A stretch of 63,773 nucleotides of DNA, the filler included. It is 6 parts of 6 records of this genome, joined end to end, with 100 filler letters (N's around TTAATTAATTAA, not from the genome) between each part and the next. Parts side by side here need not be neighbours in the genome. Positions count along the whole stretch, not along the records: positions 28,618 to 40,809 come from DRR378314_2596; positions 40,910 to 47,952 come from DRR378314_2597; positions 48,053 to 56,357 come from DRR378314_2600; 3 more parts are not named here. One strand, given 5' to 3'. Positions 36,952 to 49,246 of the stretch are shown piece by piece. Both the position numbers and the translations under genes were made by a program. The notes under the pieces were generated by a model. The model had not been told where the DNA came from, did no database searches, and worked only from the letters and a program-made list of their open reading frames with translations. Each line of letters begins with the position of its first letter. Position 1 is the first letter of the stretch.

Positions 36952-38097
36952 ATGAGCAATCGCACGATTTTTGAAGACGTTTCCTCTGACCGGAAACAGC
37001 AGCCGACACCGACGCCGGGCGGTCTGGATCGCGGGCGCCGCGGTGCGCGCGGTGCGATCCGGGTCTGGCTCGCGGTGCTCTTTGCCTTGGTGGTCGCGAT
37101 GATCGCCGTGGGCGGGCTGACACGCCTGACGGACTCTGGCCTGTCCATCACAGAATGGCGCCCCGTGACCGGCGCGCTGCCACCGATGACCGAGGCGGAG
37201 TGGCAATCCGAGTTCGAGAAATATCAGCAGATCGACCAGTATCACCTGATGAACAAATGGATGGACCTGTCTGATTTCAAAGAGATCTACTGGTGGGAAT
37301 GGGGTCACCGTCAGCTCGGTCGTTTTATCGGCCTCGTCTGGGCGGTCGGTTTTCTTGGCTTCCTGGCCACGCGCAGCATTCCAACCGGCTGGACAGGGCG
37401 ATTGTTGTTGCCCGGTCTCCTTGGAGGCGTTCAGGGGGCAATCGGCTGGTGGATGGTCGCCTCGGGCGTAACCCAGGGCGAAGGCATGACTGCCGTCGCA
37501 TCCTATCGGCTTGCAACGCACCTGGGTCTGGCGTTTGTCATTTTGGGATATCTTGCGTGGTTCATGTTCATGCTGGGGCGTGAGGAACGCGATTTGATGC
37601 AGGCACGGCGCCTGAAAGAGGCCAAGCTGTTTGGCATGAGCACAGGGTTGCTGCACTTTGCCTTTCTACAGATCTTGATCGGCGCGCTGGTGGCCGGAAT
37701 TGACGCTGGACGCTCCTACACCGATTGGCCTCTGATGGGGGGGCAAATCCTACCGCCGAACCCCTTCATGATCGAACCTCTGTGGAAGAACTTCTTTGAA
37801 AACCCGGGCTTGGTACAGTTTGTTCACCGGGTGACTGGCTATCTTCTGTTCGCCTTTGCTGTGGTTGTATGGATGCGGGGACGCCGCAGTGCCCATGCTG
37901 CGACGCGCTTTGCCTTTAATGCTGTCTTTGCGGTGCTGAGCTTGCAGGTCGTGATCGGTATCGTGACAGTGCTGACCGCGGCGCCAGTGGAGATCGCCAT
38001 TGTGCATCAGGTTGTGGCCGTGCTGGTCTGGGTGCTGATCCTGCGTGCCCGTTTTCTGGCTGCGTATCCGATTTCAACTTCAATAAAAGGTCATTGA
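36952..38097 (+). CDS. ctaA: Heme A synthase
   Basis: GGLTRLTDSGLSITEW, EWGHR, RLATHL, QFVHR, HQ. Confidence 0.95.
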   Translation: MSNRTIFEDVSSDRKQQPTPTPGGLDRGRRGARGAIRVWLAVLFALVVAMIAVGGLTRLTDSGLSITEWRPVTGALPPMTEAEWQSEFEKYQQIDQYHLMNKWMDLSDFKEIYWWEWGHRQLGRFIGLVWAVGFLGFLATRSIPTGWTGRLLLPGLLGGVQGAIGWWMVASGVTQGEGMTAVASYRLATHLGLAFVILGYLAWFMFMLGREERDLMQARRLKEAKLFGMSTGLLHFAFLQILIGALVAGIDAGRSYTDWPLMGGQILPPNPFMIEPLWKNFFENPGLVQFVHRVTGYLLFAFAVVVWMRGRRSAHAATRFAFNAVFAVLSLQVVIGIVTVLTAAPVEIAIVHQVVAVLVWVLILRARFLAAYPISTSIKGH

Positions 38098-38101
38098 TCA
38101 C

Positions 38102-39571
38102 ATGAGTTCTTTTGACGAACTGTTTGCATTTGAACGCGAAACTCAAGCACTTGGCCAGATTGCAGGCAGGCTTGGCTGGGATCAGGAAACCATGATGCCG
38201 CGTGGTGCTGCACCGCAACGCGGCGAGGAAATGGCGGCGATCGAGGCTGTATTGCACGCACGTCGTTCAGATCCGCGGGTCGCGGAATGGCTGGAGACCG
38301 CCAAGGCACCTGATGAGACCGGAGCCGCGCAGCTGCGTGAAATCCGTCGCGCCTTTGAGCGCGCGGTAAAGGTGCCCGGAGATTTGGCCAGCAGGATCGC
38401 CCGCGTGACTTCCGAAGCGCAGGGCAAATGGGCTCAGGCCCGCGCCGACGAGGATGTGGCCGCTTTCCTGCCCGTACTGGAGGAGGTCGTGGCCCTGAAG
38501 CGCCAGGAAGGTCAGGCGCTGGCCGCTGGTGGCAACCTATACGACGCCATGGTTGCCGATTACGAACAGGGTACAACCTCAGAAGATATCGCGAAAATCT
38601 TTGATGCCATGCGCCCCGGCCTGGTTGATCTTCGCGCCCGGGTTCTGGAGAAGCCGACGCCTGATGGTGTTTCCGGCAGCTTTGATGAAAACACGCAGAT
38701 GAAACTGGCCCGCAAAATCGCCAAGACATTTGGCTACGACATGAGCCATGGCCGGGTGGACAAGGCCGTGCATCCGTTCAGTTCCGGCAGCGGTCTGGAC
38801 GTGCGGATCACCACGCGCACCAATCCGCAGGACCCGTTCAACTGCATCTACTCCACCATTCACGAGGTCGGACACGGGGCCTATGAGCAGAACATTGGCC
38901 GCGAGCATCTGCTGACCGCGCTAGGCCGCGGTGTGTCCATGGGGGTGCATGAAAGCCAGAGCCGGATCTACGAAAACCAGCTGGGCCGCAGCCGTGCCTT
39001 TACCAGATGGTTGTTCAAGGAAATGCGCGAAGCCTTTGGTGATATTGGTATTTCCTCGGCAGATGCGTTCTATGCGGCAGTGAACCGTGTGCAAAACGGC
39101 TATATTCGGACCGAGGCGGACGAGTTGCAGTATAACCTGCATATCATGCTGCGGTTCGATCTGGAGCGGGCCTTGATGTCGGGCGATCTGGAGGTTCAGG
39201 ATCTGGAGGCGGCCTGGAATGATCGCTTCCTTGCCGACTTTGGCTATCCGGTCGATAAGCCCTCGAACGGATGCCTGCAGGATGTGCACTGGTCCGTTGG
39301 CCTGTTTGGCTATTTCCCGACTTATTCGTTGGGCAATGTTTATGCAGGCTGCCTGCATGAAGCCCTACGTCAGGATGTGACTGATCTGGATGCACAACTC
39401 GCACAGGGGGATACTGTTGCGGCGACAGGCTGGTTGCGTGAAAACCTCCAGCAGTTCGGCGGGCTGCGTGAGCCGCAGGACACGATCATCCATGCAGCTG
39501 GCGCGGCGCCGACCCATGAACCCCTTATGGCCTATCTCGAGGCGAAGTTCTCAGAGATCTATAACCTTTGA
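38102..39571 (+). CDS. Carboxypeptidase, M32 family
   Basis: WDQET, HPF, HEVGH, HESQS, IRTEADE, QDVHW, GYFPTY. Confidence 0.95.
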   Translation: MSSFDELFAFERETQALGQIAGRLGWDQETMMPRGAAPQRGEEMAAIEAVLHARRSDPRVAEWLETAKAPDETGAAQLREIRRAFERAVKVPGDLASRIARVTSEAQGKWAQARADEDVAAFLPVLEEVVALKRQEGQALAAGGNLYDAMVADYEQGTTSEDIAKIFDAMRPGLVDLRARVLEKPTPDGVSGSFDENTQMKLARKIAKTFGYDMSHGRVDKAVHPFSSGSGLDVRITTRTNPQDPFNCIYSTIHEVGHGAYEQNIGREHLLTALGRGVSMGVHESQSRIYENQLGRSRAFTRWLFKEMREAFGDIGISSADAFYAAVNRVQNGYIRTEADELQYNLHIMLRFDLERALMSGDLEVQDLEAAWNDRFLADFGYPVDKPSNGCLQDVHWSVGLFGYFPTYSLGNVYAGCLHEALRQDVTDLDAQLAQGDTVAATGWLRENLQQFGGLREPQDTIIHAAGAAPTHEPLMAYLEAKFSEIYNL

Positions 39572-39597
39572 ATTCCAGCTACATATGAATTGAGGGT

Positions 39598-39623
39598 GAA
39601 CCCCGAGTATTGGCTCGGGGTTC
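39598..39623. terminator. Hairpin between convergent genes (likely bidirectional terminator)
   Basis: GAACCCCGAG-TATTGG-CTCGGGGTTC, a perfect 10-bp stem. Confidence 0.65.
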
Positions 39624-39974
39624 TCAGATCAATGCCATACGCTCTGCGCGTTCGGGGTCCGGAAACGGTCGATAGAGACCAAAGTGAGACTGAGCGATCA
39701 AGACGCTGACATTGGCGTAGAGGCGCGCAACCTCTTCATCGTGCTCCCCCAGAATACGAAACGCCTGGTCGAGCTGCGTCATGTTCTCGAACTCGATCTC
39801 CAGCAGGAAATCCTTGCAGGTGTCATTGGCAAGGTTCAGCTTGCGACGCAATAGGCGCCAGCCGGTGATCGCACTTCGCCCCTTTAGGTACTCCATCCAC
39901 TGTTCCACAGCGCTGGCAAACGCCAGTGCCTTGGCTTCATGTTGAAGGTCGATCTGACAATGGTAGAGATTCAT
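39624..39974 (-). CDS. Small conserved hypothetical protein (DUF6614-like)
   Basis: MNLYHCQIDL...WRLLRRKLNL...LEIEF...LYRPFPD; family assignment from recall only. Confidence 0.65.
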   Translation of the reverse strand: MNLYHCQIDLQHEAKALAFASAVEQWMEYLKGRSAITGWRLLRRKLNLANDTCKDFLLEIEFENMTQLDQAFRILGEHDEEVARLYANVSVLIAQSHFGLYRPFPDPERAERMALI

Positions 39975-40049
39975 GCGCCGCTTCTCCCGACTCAAATTGC
40001 GGAAATCACGGTCAAGTTTGCGCCCAAAACATGAGCGAAGCGTAAACGG

Positions 40050-40078
40050 AAAACGCCGCCCCAAGTTGGAGCGGCGTT
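40050..40078 (-). terminator. Intrinsic terminator after gyrA
   Basis: AACGCCGC...GCGGCGTT stem with a T run on the minus strand. Confidence 0.65.
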
Positions 40079-40103
40079 CTTTAGAACTTATTCCGGTAAG
40101 ATG

Positions 40104-40809
40104 TTATTCTTCCACGGGTTCTTCTTCGTCGCCGTTGTCCGCAATCCAGGCCACGGAGACAACTTCTTCGCCTTTGCCGGTGTTGAAGATCCTGACGCCG
40201 CCAGCAGAGCGGGAGCGGAACGAGATCCCATCCACCGGCACCCGGATCGATTGCCCCTTGGAGGTGGCCAGCATGATCTGGTCGTCGAGCTCAACCGGGA
40301 AGGACGCCAGCAGCGCGCCGCCGCGCATAGCCTTGTCCATCGCGGTCACGCCCATGCCGCCGCGTCCGCGGACAGGATAATCGTGGCTGGAGGACAACTT
40401 ACCGGCGCCTCCTGCAGTGATCGTGAGGATCAGGTTCTCGGCGGCAGACATCTCCGCAAACAGTTCAGTCGAGAAGTCCGGATCTTCGACCGCATCCTCG
40501 TCGGAGGCATCTTCATCCGTCAGACCAGCCATGGCGCGGCGCATCTTCAGATAGGCGGTGCGCTGCTCCGGCGTGTATTTGGAATGACGGATCACCGACA
40601 TGGAGACAACCTCGTCCCCGTCGCCCAGCCTGATGCCGCGCACACCCACAGAATTGCGGGAGTTGAACACGCGCACCTCTGTTGTCGGGAAACGGATGGC
40701 ACGGCCGGTGTTGGTCACCAGCATGATGTCGTCATCTTCGGAACAGATGCGAGCATTGATCAGCTTGGTGCCCGCGTTGTCGTCCTCAAACTTCATCGCG
40801 ATCTTGCCG
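40104..40809 (-). CDS. gyrA: DNA gyrase subunit A, C-terminal beta-pinwheel (5'-truncated)
   Basis: GRAIRF...VRVFNSRNSVGVRGI, RGRGGMGV, RSRSAGGVRIF repeats and an acidic tail. Confidence 0.93.
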
Positions 40810-40909
40810 NNNNNNNNNNNNNNNNNNNNNNNNNNNNNNNNNNNNNNNNNNNNTTAATTAATTAANNNNNNNNNNNNNNNNNNNNNNNNNNNNNNNNNNN
40901 NNNNNNNNN
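40810..40909. other. Artificial contig linker
   Basis: N-run with central TTAATTAATTAA. Confidence 0.99.
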
Positions 40910-41021
40910 GTGCTTTCTTCCCCTTGTATTCAGATGTCACGAGCTTGAAACTTCTTGTTGTACTTGCTGTTGTCCATTTCTCGCTTTATCACTGCAACAC
41001 TGTTGTGCGGTTGTTCTCCAG

Positions 41022-42225
41022 GCTCACGACATCTTGGAGCGCGCAGGTCTCCAGGTCGTCGTCGCCACGCCAGATGGGCGGTCAGCAGCGTTTGCGTGCG
41101 AGAACGAGGCGGCAGAAGAGTGGGTTGCAAAGGAACGCCAGGTATGTGGGGTGCCGCTTCCTTCCGCACCATGCGCAGAAAAAAACTAAAAAAACAACAA
41201 CTAAAACTTACAGAATGGATCACCTACAACTTGGTCGGCGATGCTCGCTTCCTCTCTGGCAAGAGGACAATGCGCGGGACGTTTCCCCCCCCCTAACGCT
41301 AAATCTTTGTTGATTCCGTTCCTTCTTCGCGTTTCGCCCGTGCCTGCGGGCCTGCCAGCTCGTCCAGTACCCTCTCCGCGTTGGCGACGCGCGCGAAGGG
41401 CCGTATTGCGGACTTCTCATTCCGAGTGCCCTATCTGCGTTGAATGACTTGGCGCAATGCGATGAACTTGGAAGTTTGGTACAGGTTCGAGTCTTAATGC
41501 GGAGCAGACCTGTGTTCTCACCAACCTGCCCATTGGGCTTCGTCACTGCTAATCCTTGAAGCATTGTGCGCTGGTGCACCGCGTCGTGGTGTTGTCGCAC
41601 GATGCGGTCGACATCAAGGGCGCAACGTGCCGCGAGTTTACGCCCTTCAAACTAATAGACATGCGTATTGTATTCCTTTACATACTTTTCATTCTTGTAC
41701 CCAGGGGTTTCTGGAGCAAAGCAAGCCTGTCTGTGCGATCGGTTACGGCGTAGCGGGCCTCTTCCGCGCGCGTGCACGCGAGTCTGCATGGTCGCTGCGA
41801 GGTTGGAATATTACCGGCTCCTCAAATTTCGAGCAGGTGTGATGTTCAGTGTAGCATGATAAGAAAGTGCTTCGGTATTATCAATAGCCATATGGCCATG
41901 TGCGACCTGAATTGCCACAAAATGTTCTCTCGTTTCGCAACACGCCGCTTCGAGGGCGTGTGATTTCTGACCGGCTGTCGGTCTCATTTCTTTCTTCGCC
42001 GGTGTGTTGCATTGTACGCAGGCGCGATTCCCGTGGTTCGGCAAAGTACCCGTGGTTATGGAAGATTTCATCATCGATAATGGTGGAATGTACAATGCGA
42101 GCGAGTGTGATGCTGTGCATGTGATTGTCGACCGGACTCTCGTTACGGGGCAGAATGTGAATTCCACGGCAGTGGCTGTTCACGCACTTGTCGCTCTTGT
42201 GGGAACTATGGGGCTGGCCTCATGA
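41022..42225 (+). CDS. Spliced eukaryotic GATD1/PDDC1-like (DJ-1/PfpI, class I glutamine amidotransferase-like) gene; first exon(s) not identified
   Basis: Exons 41022-41141, 41359-41484, 41705-41836 and 42022-42225 are bounded by AG/GT with phase-0 introns. They join to ...LQVVVATPDGR...GLLIPSALSALNDLA...SKPVCAIGYGVAGL...VPVVMEDFIIDNG...SECDAVHVIVDRTLVTGQN*. Confidence 0.85.
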
Positions 42226-43295
42226 GCAAGGGTCTGGCCTGCAGGACATTTGTGCACCTTTGGTGTGTTTTGCGTTAGCCAATTATTGCATTGTCCTTTG
42301 TTATCTTTGGCTTTTGCTTCTGCTTCAGTTCCTTTCCTTTCTTTGCTTGCGCAAAAGCGCGCGCGCGCGCGGGAATGTCTGGCAGACCCCTGCTTCTTGC
42401 GTAGAGTGCACGGGCATCATTTTCGTACGACAAGCGGTATCGCCCCGCGATGCGCTTCGGCCACGTCTGTCCGTGCTATGTATAATACACGCCATAGTGC
42501 TGTGTTCTCCTTGTCTTAGTGACGCGGTCCTCGAAATGAAAAAAGACTTGGGTACGGTCTTCGCATGCTGATTCTGCTGGGAGACAGTGATTCAGCTGCT
42601 TAGAACGCGCTGGGGGCTATCGCGTGTGATGGAGCTCTAATGCACCCTATACGAGTGAGGAGTATATGGACCGTACTTCCTTTCCGAGGAAAACATAGCA
42701 ATGTATCGCTTGCAATTCCTGAATATCTGCTTGAGGAGCGCGCATGCGCCAACAGCCTCCCAATGTACAATTTTTACGTGAAAGGATCGCGTAAGCAGTG
42801 TAAAGCCATGTCGGTTGCCCGTAGGGCCCGTATGGGATCGCTGATTTCATGCGAAACTGCATTGGGCATGCACATGCCCACGTCAGCCCTACCCCTAATG
42901 AAGCCTACGTTGGAAAAGCTTGCACGAGAATCGCTGGCCTGAAGCGTCACCCCCGCTTCCTGCGTTCGTGCGGCGCCGCGCAAAGCACGCATATTTCAAG
43001 TGGCAGGAAACCCAGGGGCGGTTCCACACCCCCGCTGCATCCTCGTGCACCGCAGCAGGATAAAAAGCTGCGTGTGTAGCTAAGGCGTATTCTGGTGCAC
43101 TGCTAATCTCAGCAGCTGAGGGCGCGGAGTGCAATAGTTCAGCGCGAACGAAATAAGCTCGTAGTCCAAGGCGGAGGCAGTGCGCTCCATTTGTAGACCG
43201 CATTTCCGGGGCCTAAATCTGCATCTTTTGCGTGAATCTCGACTGAGCAAAACCGCGCTGATACGAGCATATTACTCATATCAAGGGCTATAATC

Positions 43296-46032
43296 ATGAC
43301 CAGCAGCTCCATAGAAAGCGTACCTCTTCGAAAAATGGATGCTCTTGCGCGCGCGCGATCAGAGACCAGCATTCCGTCCGTCGCCGTGCGAAGCAACGCC
43401 ATTCTGTCGTCGCACCATCGACGTTCTGCCTCCGCGACAGACTCGGATCCAGAGTCACTAGAATTCACGCAAAAGTCACTCAAATCAAGTCAGGAGTCAC
43501 TTTCTATGGATGAAAGCGGAAAATATTACAAAAAGTCGTCACTCACGCGAAACCGAGCTGCGCTCATTATCCTGGGACTGATCACTTTTGCTGCGGCTTG
43601 GGTGCTTCTCGGTGCCCTGGGGGTACGTTCACGTGGCACAACTACTCCGGAAGGAAGTAGTACAGTCTTGCTTTGTAGCGAGTTTGAATCACAGATGGTT
43701 TCAGCAGCCTGTGATTTTACCCGCTTTTAGACCAAGTATTACTGCAATTCCTTTAATCATACAATGATGCTAAGTACAACAGGGTACGAATCTATTGGTG
43801 AGAGTATGCATGCGTGCGCGTGTGGCGGCAGACCAACGCTCCAGCACGTGTGAGTGAGAGCTTCTCCGTCTGCTCTCACGGAATGCGCTGCTTCTAGTCC
43901 TCGTTACCCTTGCGCGTCTTCGCGAGCCCCGAGCGTGCACTCAGCATGCTTGAGTTCACTTCAACGCGGACAGCAGCATCCACGCGCAATCGCCAACGAA
44001 TCGCTATGACGCCGGCCGCGTTCGCTCTTCATTTTGTATCCCTACTGTTTAAGCTGTGAAGAGCAGCCGACTGTGACAGCGTTTCCCGCGCTAAGTATAG
44101 ATTCAGTAGAGCAAGAAAGGCCATGGAGTGTTCGCTGGATAACTAGATCGACCTTCGTTCAGGTTGGATGGCTGGCAGGGGATGCATCTGTTGCTACAGC
44201 TCGCCTGGCATACTGCCAACAGCGAACCAAAAGTAGATGTGCCTGCGCTGGGTTTTGCCCCGACCACCACAACGCAATTCCTCTTGCGACTTGTCTGAAC
44301 CGGCTCCACTAGATTGCACGCATTCTCTCGTCTGCCGTTTGATGAAATGTGAATTCAAATAATGACCACATCGTGGTTTTCTTTGCGTATCTTGTCGCAC
44401 GCGCCTTGAGCAGATAAACTCAAGCTTTGGGAGAAATGAGGCACTGCTCGAAATTAGTCCTGATGACTGGCGGCAATGCCACGACAACCAGCACGTGGTC
44501 CCACGACTCGCTGTCATTCGCCCCTACATCAAGAAGCAAATTCCGAAGCTTACGAAATGGATCAGGCACTGGGGAGAAAGCAATTTGCGACCCTGTGATA
44601 ACCAAGTCGCTGCAGATCTTATTTTTTGGTACAATCGTGACCTGGAAAAGGATCCAGAGGTGCGTTGCCTAGCAGTGTGGCAAGGCGTCGCTGGTGCCCC
44701 GAGGCCCCGGTGTGCACTGCGCTCGAGCACGGGAAAGCGGAGCACTGAAGGTTTTGTACTGCTCGGCCTTCTCCCACTTCGTAGTAAGCTACAGAAACTA
44801 ATAATCAATGGATTTGCATCTAAATGGACGAAACAGAACGTATGCATAGTTCACGCAACCTGGCCACGGCTTGTCTTGGAGCTACAAAGGGAATATACGT
44901 AAATTTTATAAACCGACAGGCCCAAGACCGCTCGGCCCGTGCTGAACGAGGCGGCGAATGGTCTAGAGTCAGTCGCATACCACAATTTTTGTGATGCAAA
45001 GTCTTGCTTCCGAGCTCGAACTCTTTCAGTACCCTTCGAAACCTACACGCGATATATACGCAGTGGAGTTAATATAATTGGCGCTGCTGCGCGTTTCTGT
45101 GCAGGCTCGCGATCAAGTTCTGGCTGCGCTCGATTCGGTGCCCCAGGCACGCGCGTGCTTCGGGAACGTGTATTTTCTGTCGGCAAACCTGACGGACGAG
45201 CAAGACGTTTACTACTTCTCCATCCGCGAACTTCGCTTTGTATCACCCGGAACCACATTTATGTTCTATCCGCTCTTCCAAAGGAAAGATTTACAAGAGA
45301 AATATGGCTACTTCTTCTATATGGAGCCGGATACGGTGCCTGTTCGCGCGAAGTGGCTCGAGGCGCTGTACACGGAGTCAGTGGGTGCAGAGCATGAGTT
45401 CTGGGTGAAGGGAGCCGCCCCTAGCTACCGCGTCGGGGCACGAACGTGGTACTGGACCCAGGAGGTCGAGGAAAGGCACATCAACGGAAATGCCATCTAC
45501 CGACTTGGAAATGATTGCTTCAATCGCATGCTTAAGCGTGTCGAATACGAGTACAAAGGTGCGGCTTGTACAGGGATTGTGATGCTCGCACAGTGTGCGG
45601 CACGCCTGTGAGCAACGCTGTTGCCGCTGGATGCAGCACCAAGAGCGCGTCCGCAACGCGCGCGCACGAACCAAGGCGCGCTGCTTGCAGTTCGAGCCAA
45701 GGGGCCGTGGAGAACAAAAGGCCTGCAATCATTGTTGTAATTTCCAGTCGAGAGAAAGTGCAAGTCCATCAGCAACACGAGCGGGTCAGTGGATGTAGCT
45801 CTCACTCAAAACATCCTTATCCGGGCTTCGTGCATTCGCAGATAATCCCTTCGACATGGCAACGTACAACTACCGCATTCATGAGGCACACCGCGAGGAG
45901 TCGCGGGAGTTCCAGCAGCGCTTCATCTATTCGTATATAATCCAAAACTACGGAACTTTCTCTTACTCTATTGCACAAACACTGCGAAATTGGAGAACGT
46001 ATTTTGTACATGGCATCCGGCAGCGCGAATAA
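43296..46032 (+). CDS. Spliced eukaryotic type II membrane protein, putative glycosyltransferase-like (~459 aa)
   Basis: Phase-consistent GT-AG model: 43296-43622, 43731-43783, 44054-44162, 44414-44659, 45105-45558, 45842-46032. Ser-rich N-tail, one TM helix, then YFFYMEPD, FWVKG, HINGNAIY, PFD and terminal FVHG. Exons 2-3 are less certain. Confidence 0.7.
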
Positions 46033-46435
46033 GCGATAGAAAACGCCTAGCGCGCTCAAACGAGAACATTTTGCAGCAGGGCACCGTGCGCGCAAGCGAA
46101 GGTGTAGCAACTGAAACGGAATCGAATTGGTACACAAGACGTTGGGGGGTGCAACCCATGGGAGAGGGAGGCGACGGCGTGCGCGCATTCTGTTTTCATG
46201 ACTCAGTCCAAAGAGCCAAAGCACGGGCTCGGGATAGTGCGCGTTCACAGATGACAACGCTGCAAGCAAAAGAAAAGTGGGGCGAATACAGGACGAATTC
46301 ACACGCAGTTCATTTCCGGTCCATCAACCCGCCTCGCATGCACAAACTATGCACTGCCTGACATATGCGTATACACGCAGCACGATGCGCGTGAAGCACT
46401 CGTTTTCGTGTCAAATATTCTGTGAATGGACTTGA

Positions 46436-47176
46436 TTACAGTCCAAAGTCTGCAGGAGACTTCGCCTTGTCAGGCTTGATCGAAACGTCACCGAGGCCCA
46501 GCTTCGCCGCCTCCTTGCTGCAGCCAATGTGGAGAAATACGCAGCGCAAAAGACTTGTCAGCAGGACGCTATACGCGTGACCACACGCACAGGAGCAACA
46601 TCAAAGAGCAAAAAAAATATATCGACAGGTGTATACTGCCCGCGGAGAATCGACACGTTGTGGCAAGCAAGCGAGCGCACGGCCGGGACAGCACCCATTC
46701 CGCAGAGCAGAAACAGCCTGCATGTTCTTCTGCACCATCGGCGGCGCACACACGGGAGAACGCGCGAACTTACGTGATATCTTCCTGGATCTGCGCTTGC
46801 GCTTCTTTCGGAAGATCCGAGAACTTGATCGGCTCCGAAGCCGACGCGTCAATGGATTGGCGCAGCTTCTGGATTTTGTCGAGAAGGGCCCGCTGAACCA
46901 TATCTTGCTCTGGACCGGCGCGTTCGAAACGCAGACCGCGAACCCAACAGCATAGGGTACCGCATCGTCACAAGGGGAGGCAGAGCGCTACTCAAGTGCA
47001 CACGAGAAACAGAAAAAAAGAGGACTTGCAAATTTGGTTCAATAAAAACCTCTACTCTTTACTCGCAACTCACGCGGTGCCGCCCACATTGTGGCACAGC
47101 AGCGCTGCGAAAGAATCCGAGCGCAGATCAACGTACGGTTTCCTCCCTTAGCCAACGTTCGTGTAGCGTTCACAGC
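46436..47176 (-). CDS. Spliced small eukaryotic gene, possibly mitochondrial ATP synthase F6/h-like; 5' exon(s) not resolved
   Basis: Exons 47176-47137, 46909-46774 and 46517-46436 have GT-AG ends and consistent phases. They join to AVNATRTLAKGGNQQDMVQRALLDKIQKLRQ...EAQAQIQEDITKEAAKLGL...DFGL*. Confidence 0.55.
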
Positions 47177-47952
47177 CTGGACAGAGAGAGAGAAGTGGAG
47201 AGGCGACCGCGCGCGCGTCAGAGCATTGCGCCATGCAACGTCGAGGCATTCGAACTAAAGCAGCTCTAAGATCACGGGAAAAGGAAGAGGTGAAGCATAG
47301 CGCTGACGGGCTCACATTCGCTCGAGTTTGCAAGGCGCGGGCAGGGAACAAGCGCACGGCGCTGGTGACGCCGAGCGTAGAGAAAGGCGCACGAGAGCAA
47401 CAGAGAGCTCAGCAGGACAAATCCCGAACAAAGCCTCATCTTTTCCACGGAACATACGCTAGAGTACGCTGCAGCGTATGAAAATATGTGAAATACAGTG
47501 CTGTATATTTGAAATGGACCCAAGAGTTGGGTGCGTGTGCTGGAAGCGAATTTACAAGAGGCTACGACCGGAGCGGATGGACAGGAACGTCTGCGACGCA
47601 CAGGGCGGCACAACACTCCCAGGGCGCCAGTCTGCTCACACCGCTCGCATGCAGTCTCTCCACACAAAAGGCGCACGTGCACAGGCCCTATGCGCTACAC
47701 GATGTCTACCGTAACACAGTCATGAAGTACAGGAATGCAGCGCAATCATCACAGAACATTACCATCGACGCATTTTCAACCAATGGATGTGAGCGAATGC
47801 AGGTGGCGTTTGTACTGCAACATTGGAACGGATGTGAAGCAACGCACGGCGGCGTGCTTGTACAATGTCGGAAAGCGACCGTGCTCTATAGCTTCGAGCA
47901 AGTCGAAATACGGCGCCCAAGGCAGCGACCTGGACATTTCCTCCACTCTGCT

Positions 47953-48052
47953 NNNNNNNNNNNNNNNNNNNNNNNNNNNNNNNNNNNNNNNNNNNNTTAA
48001 TTAATTAANNNNNNNNNNNNNNNNNNNNNNNNNNNNNNNNNNNNNNNNNNNN
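47953..48052. other. Artificial contig linker
   Basis: N-run with central TTAATTAATTAA. Confidence 0.99.
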
Positions 48053-48770
<718 letters not shown>

Positions 48771-48797
48771 ACCGCGCTTCTGGCCCATAACGCATCA

Positions 48798-48833
48798 GAA
48801 CAGGCTCCCGCGGCCCCCCTCGGGAGCCTGTTC
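48798..48833 (+). terminator. Stem-loop downstream of trxB
   Basis: GAACAGGCTCCCG...CGGGAGCCTGTTC 13-bp stem with a weak U-tail. Confidence 0.55.
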
Positions 48834-49246
48834 GCGACTGACCTCCAGCTGCCAGTGACAGCCATGGTGCGCGCGGCGGATGGCCTCAGCCTGCGGGAGC
48901 GTATCCGCGCCACCAGCCCGACAAGCCCTTGGAATAGCGCTTTTATTCTACCCATTCAGGGAGACTTCAGCAGGCATTCAGGGCCTCGGATCCGGTCAAA
49001 AAGGCAACGGGCGGGGTTGACGGACTGCGTCGACTAGTCCACGGCGACAAGGCCGATGCGCGAAACGTCATTTTGTCTCGCTGACATTCAACCCGTTGCG
49101 ACCCAGTGCGCTGGGTCGATCCTGATGTGAGGTGTCCAGATCGCCGAGGCGCTCACGACCCGGTCCGCGTCCTGCGGCAGCCGGACACTCTATCTCATCG
49201 CGCTTCGAGCCAGACCGGTTCGGGCCCTCCACCGGAGACTCCTGCC

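Noticed and set aside
42357-42370. (GC)7 run
   Set aside because: Short simple repeat in eukaryotic non-coding DNA; no further structure.
40910-47952. Interpretation as phage, non-coding DNA or an alternative genetic code because long ORFs are absent
   Set aside because: GT-AG splicing yields coherent standard-code proteins.
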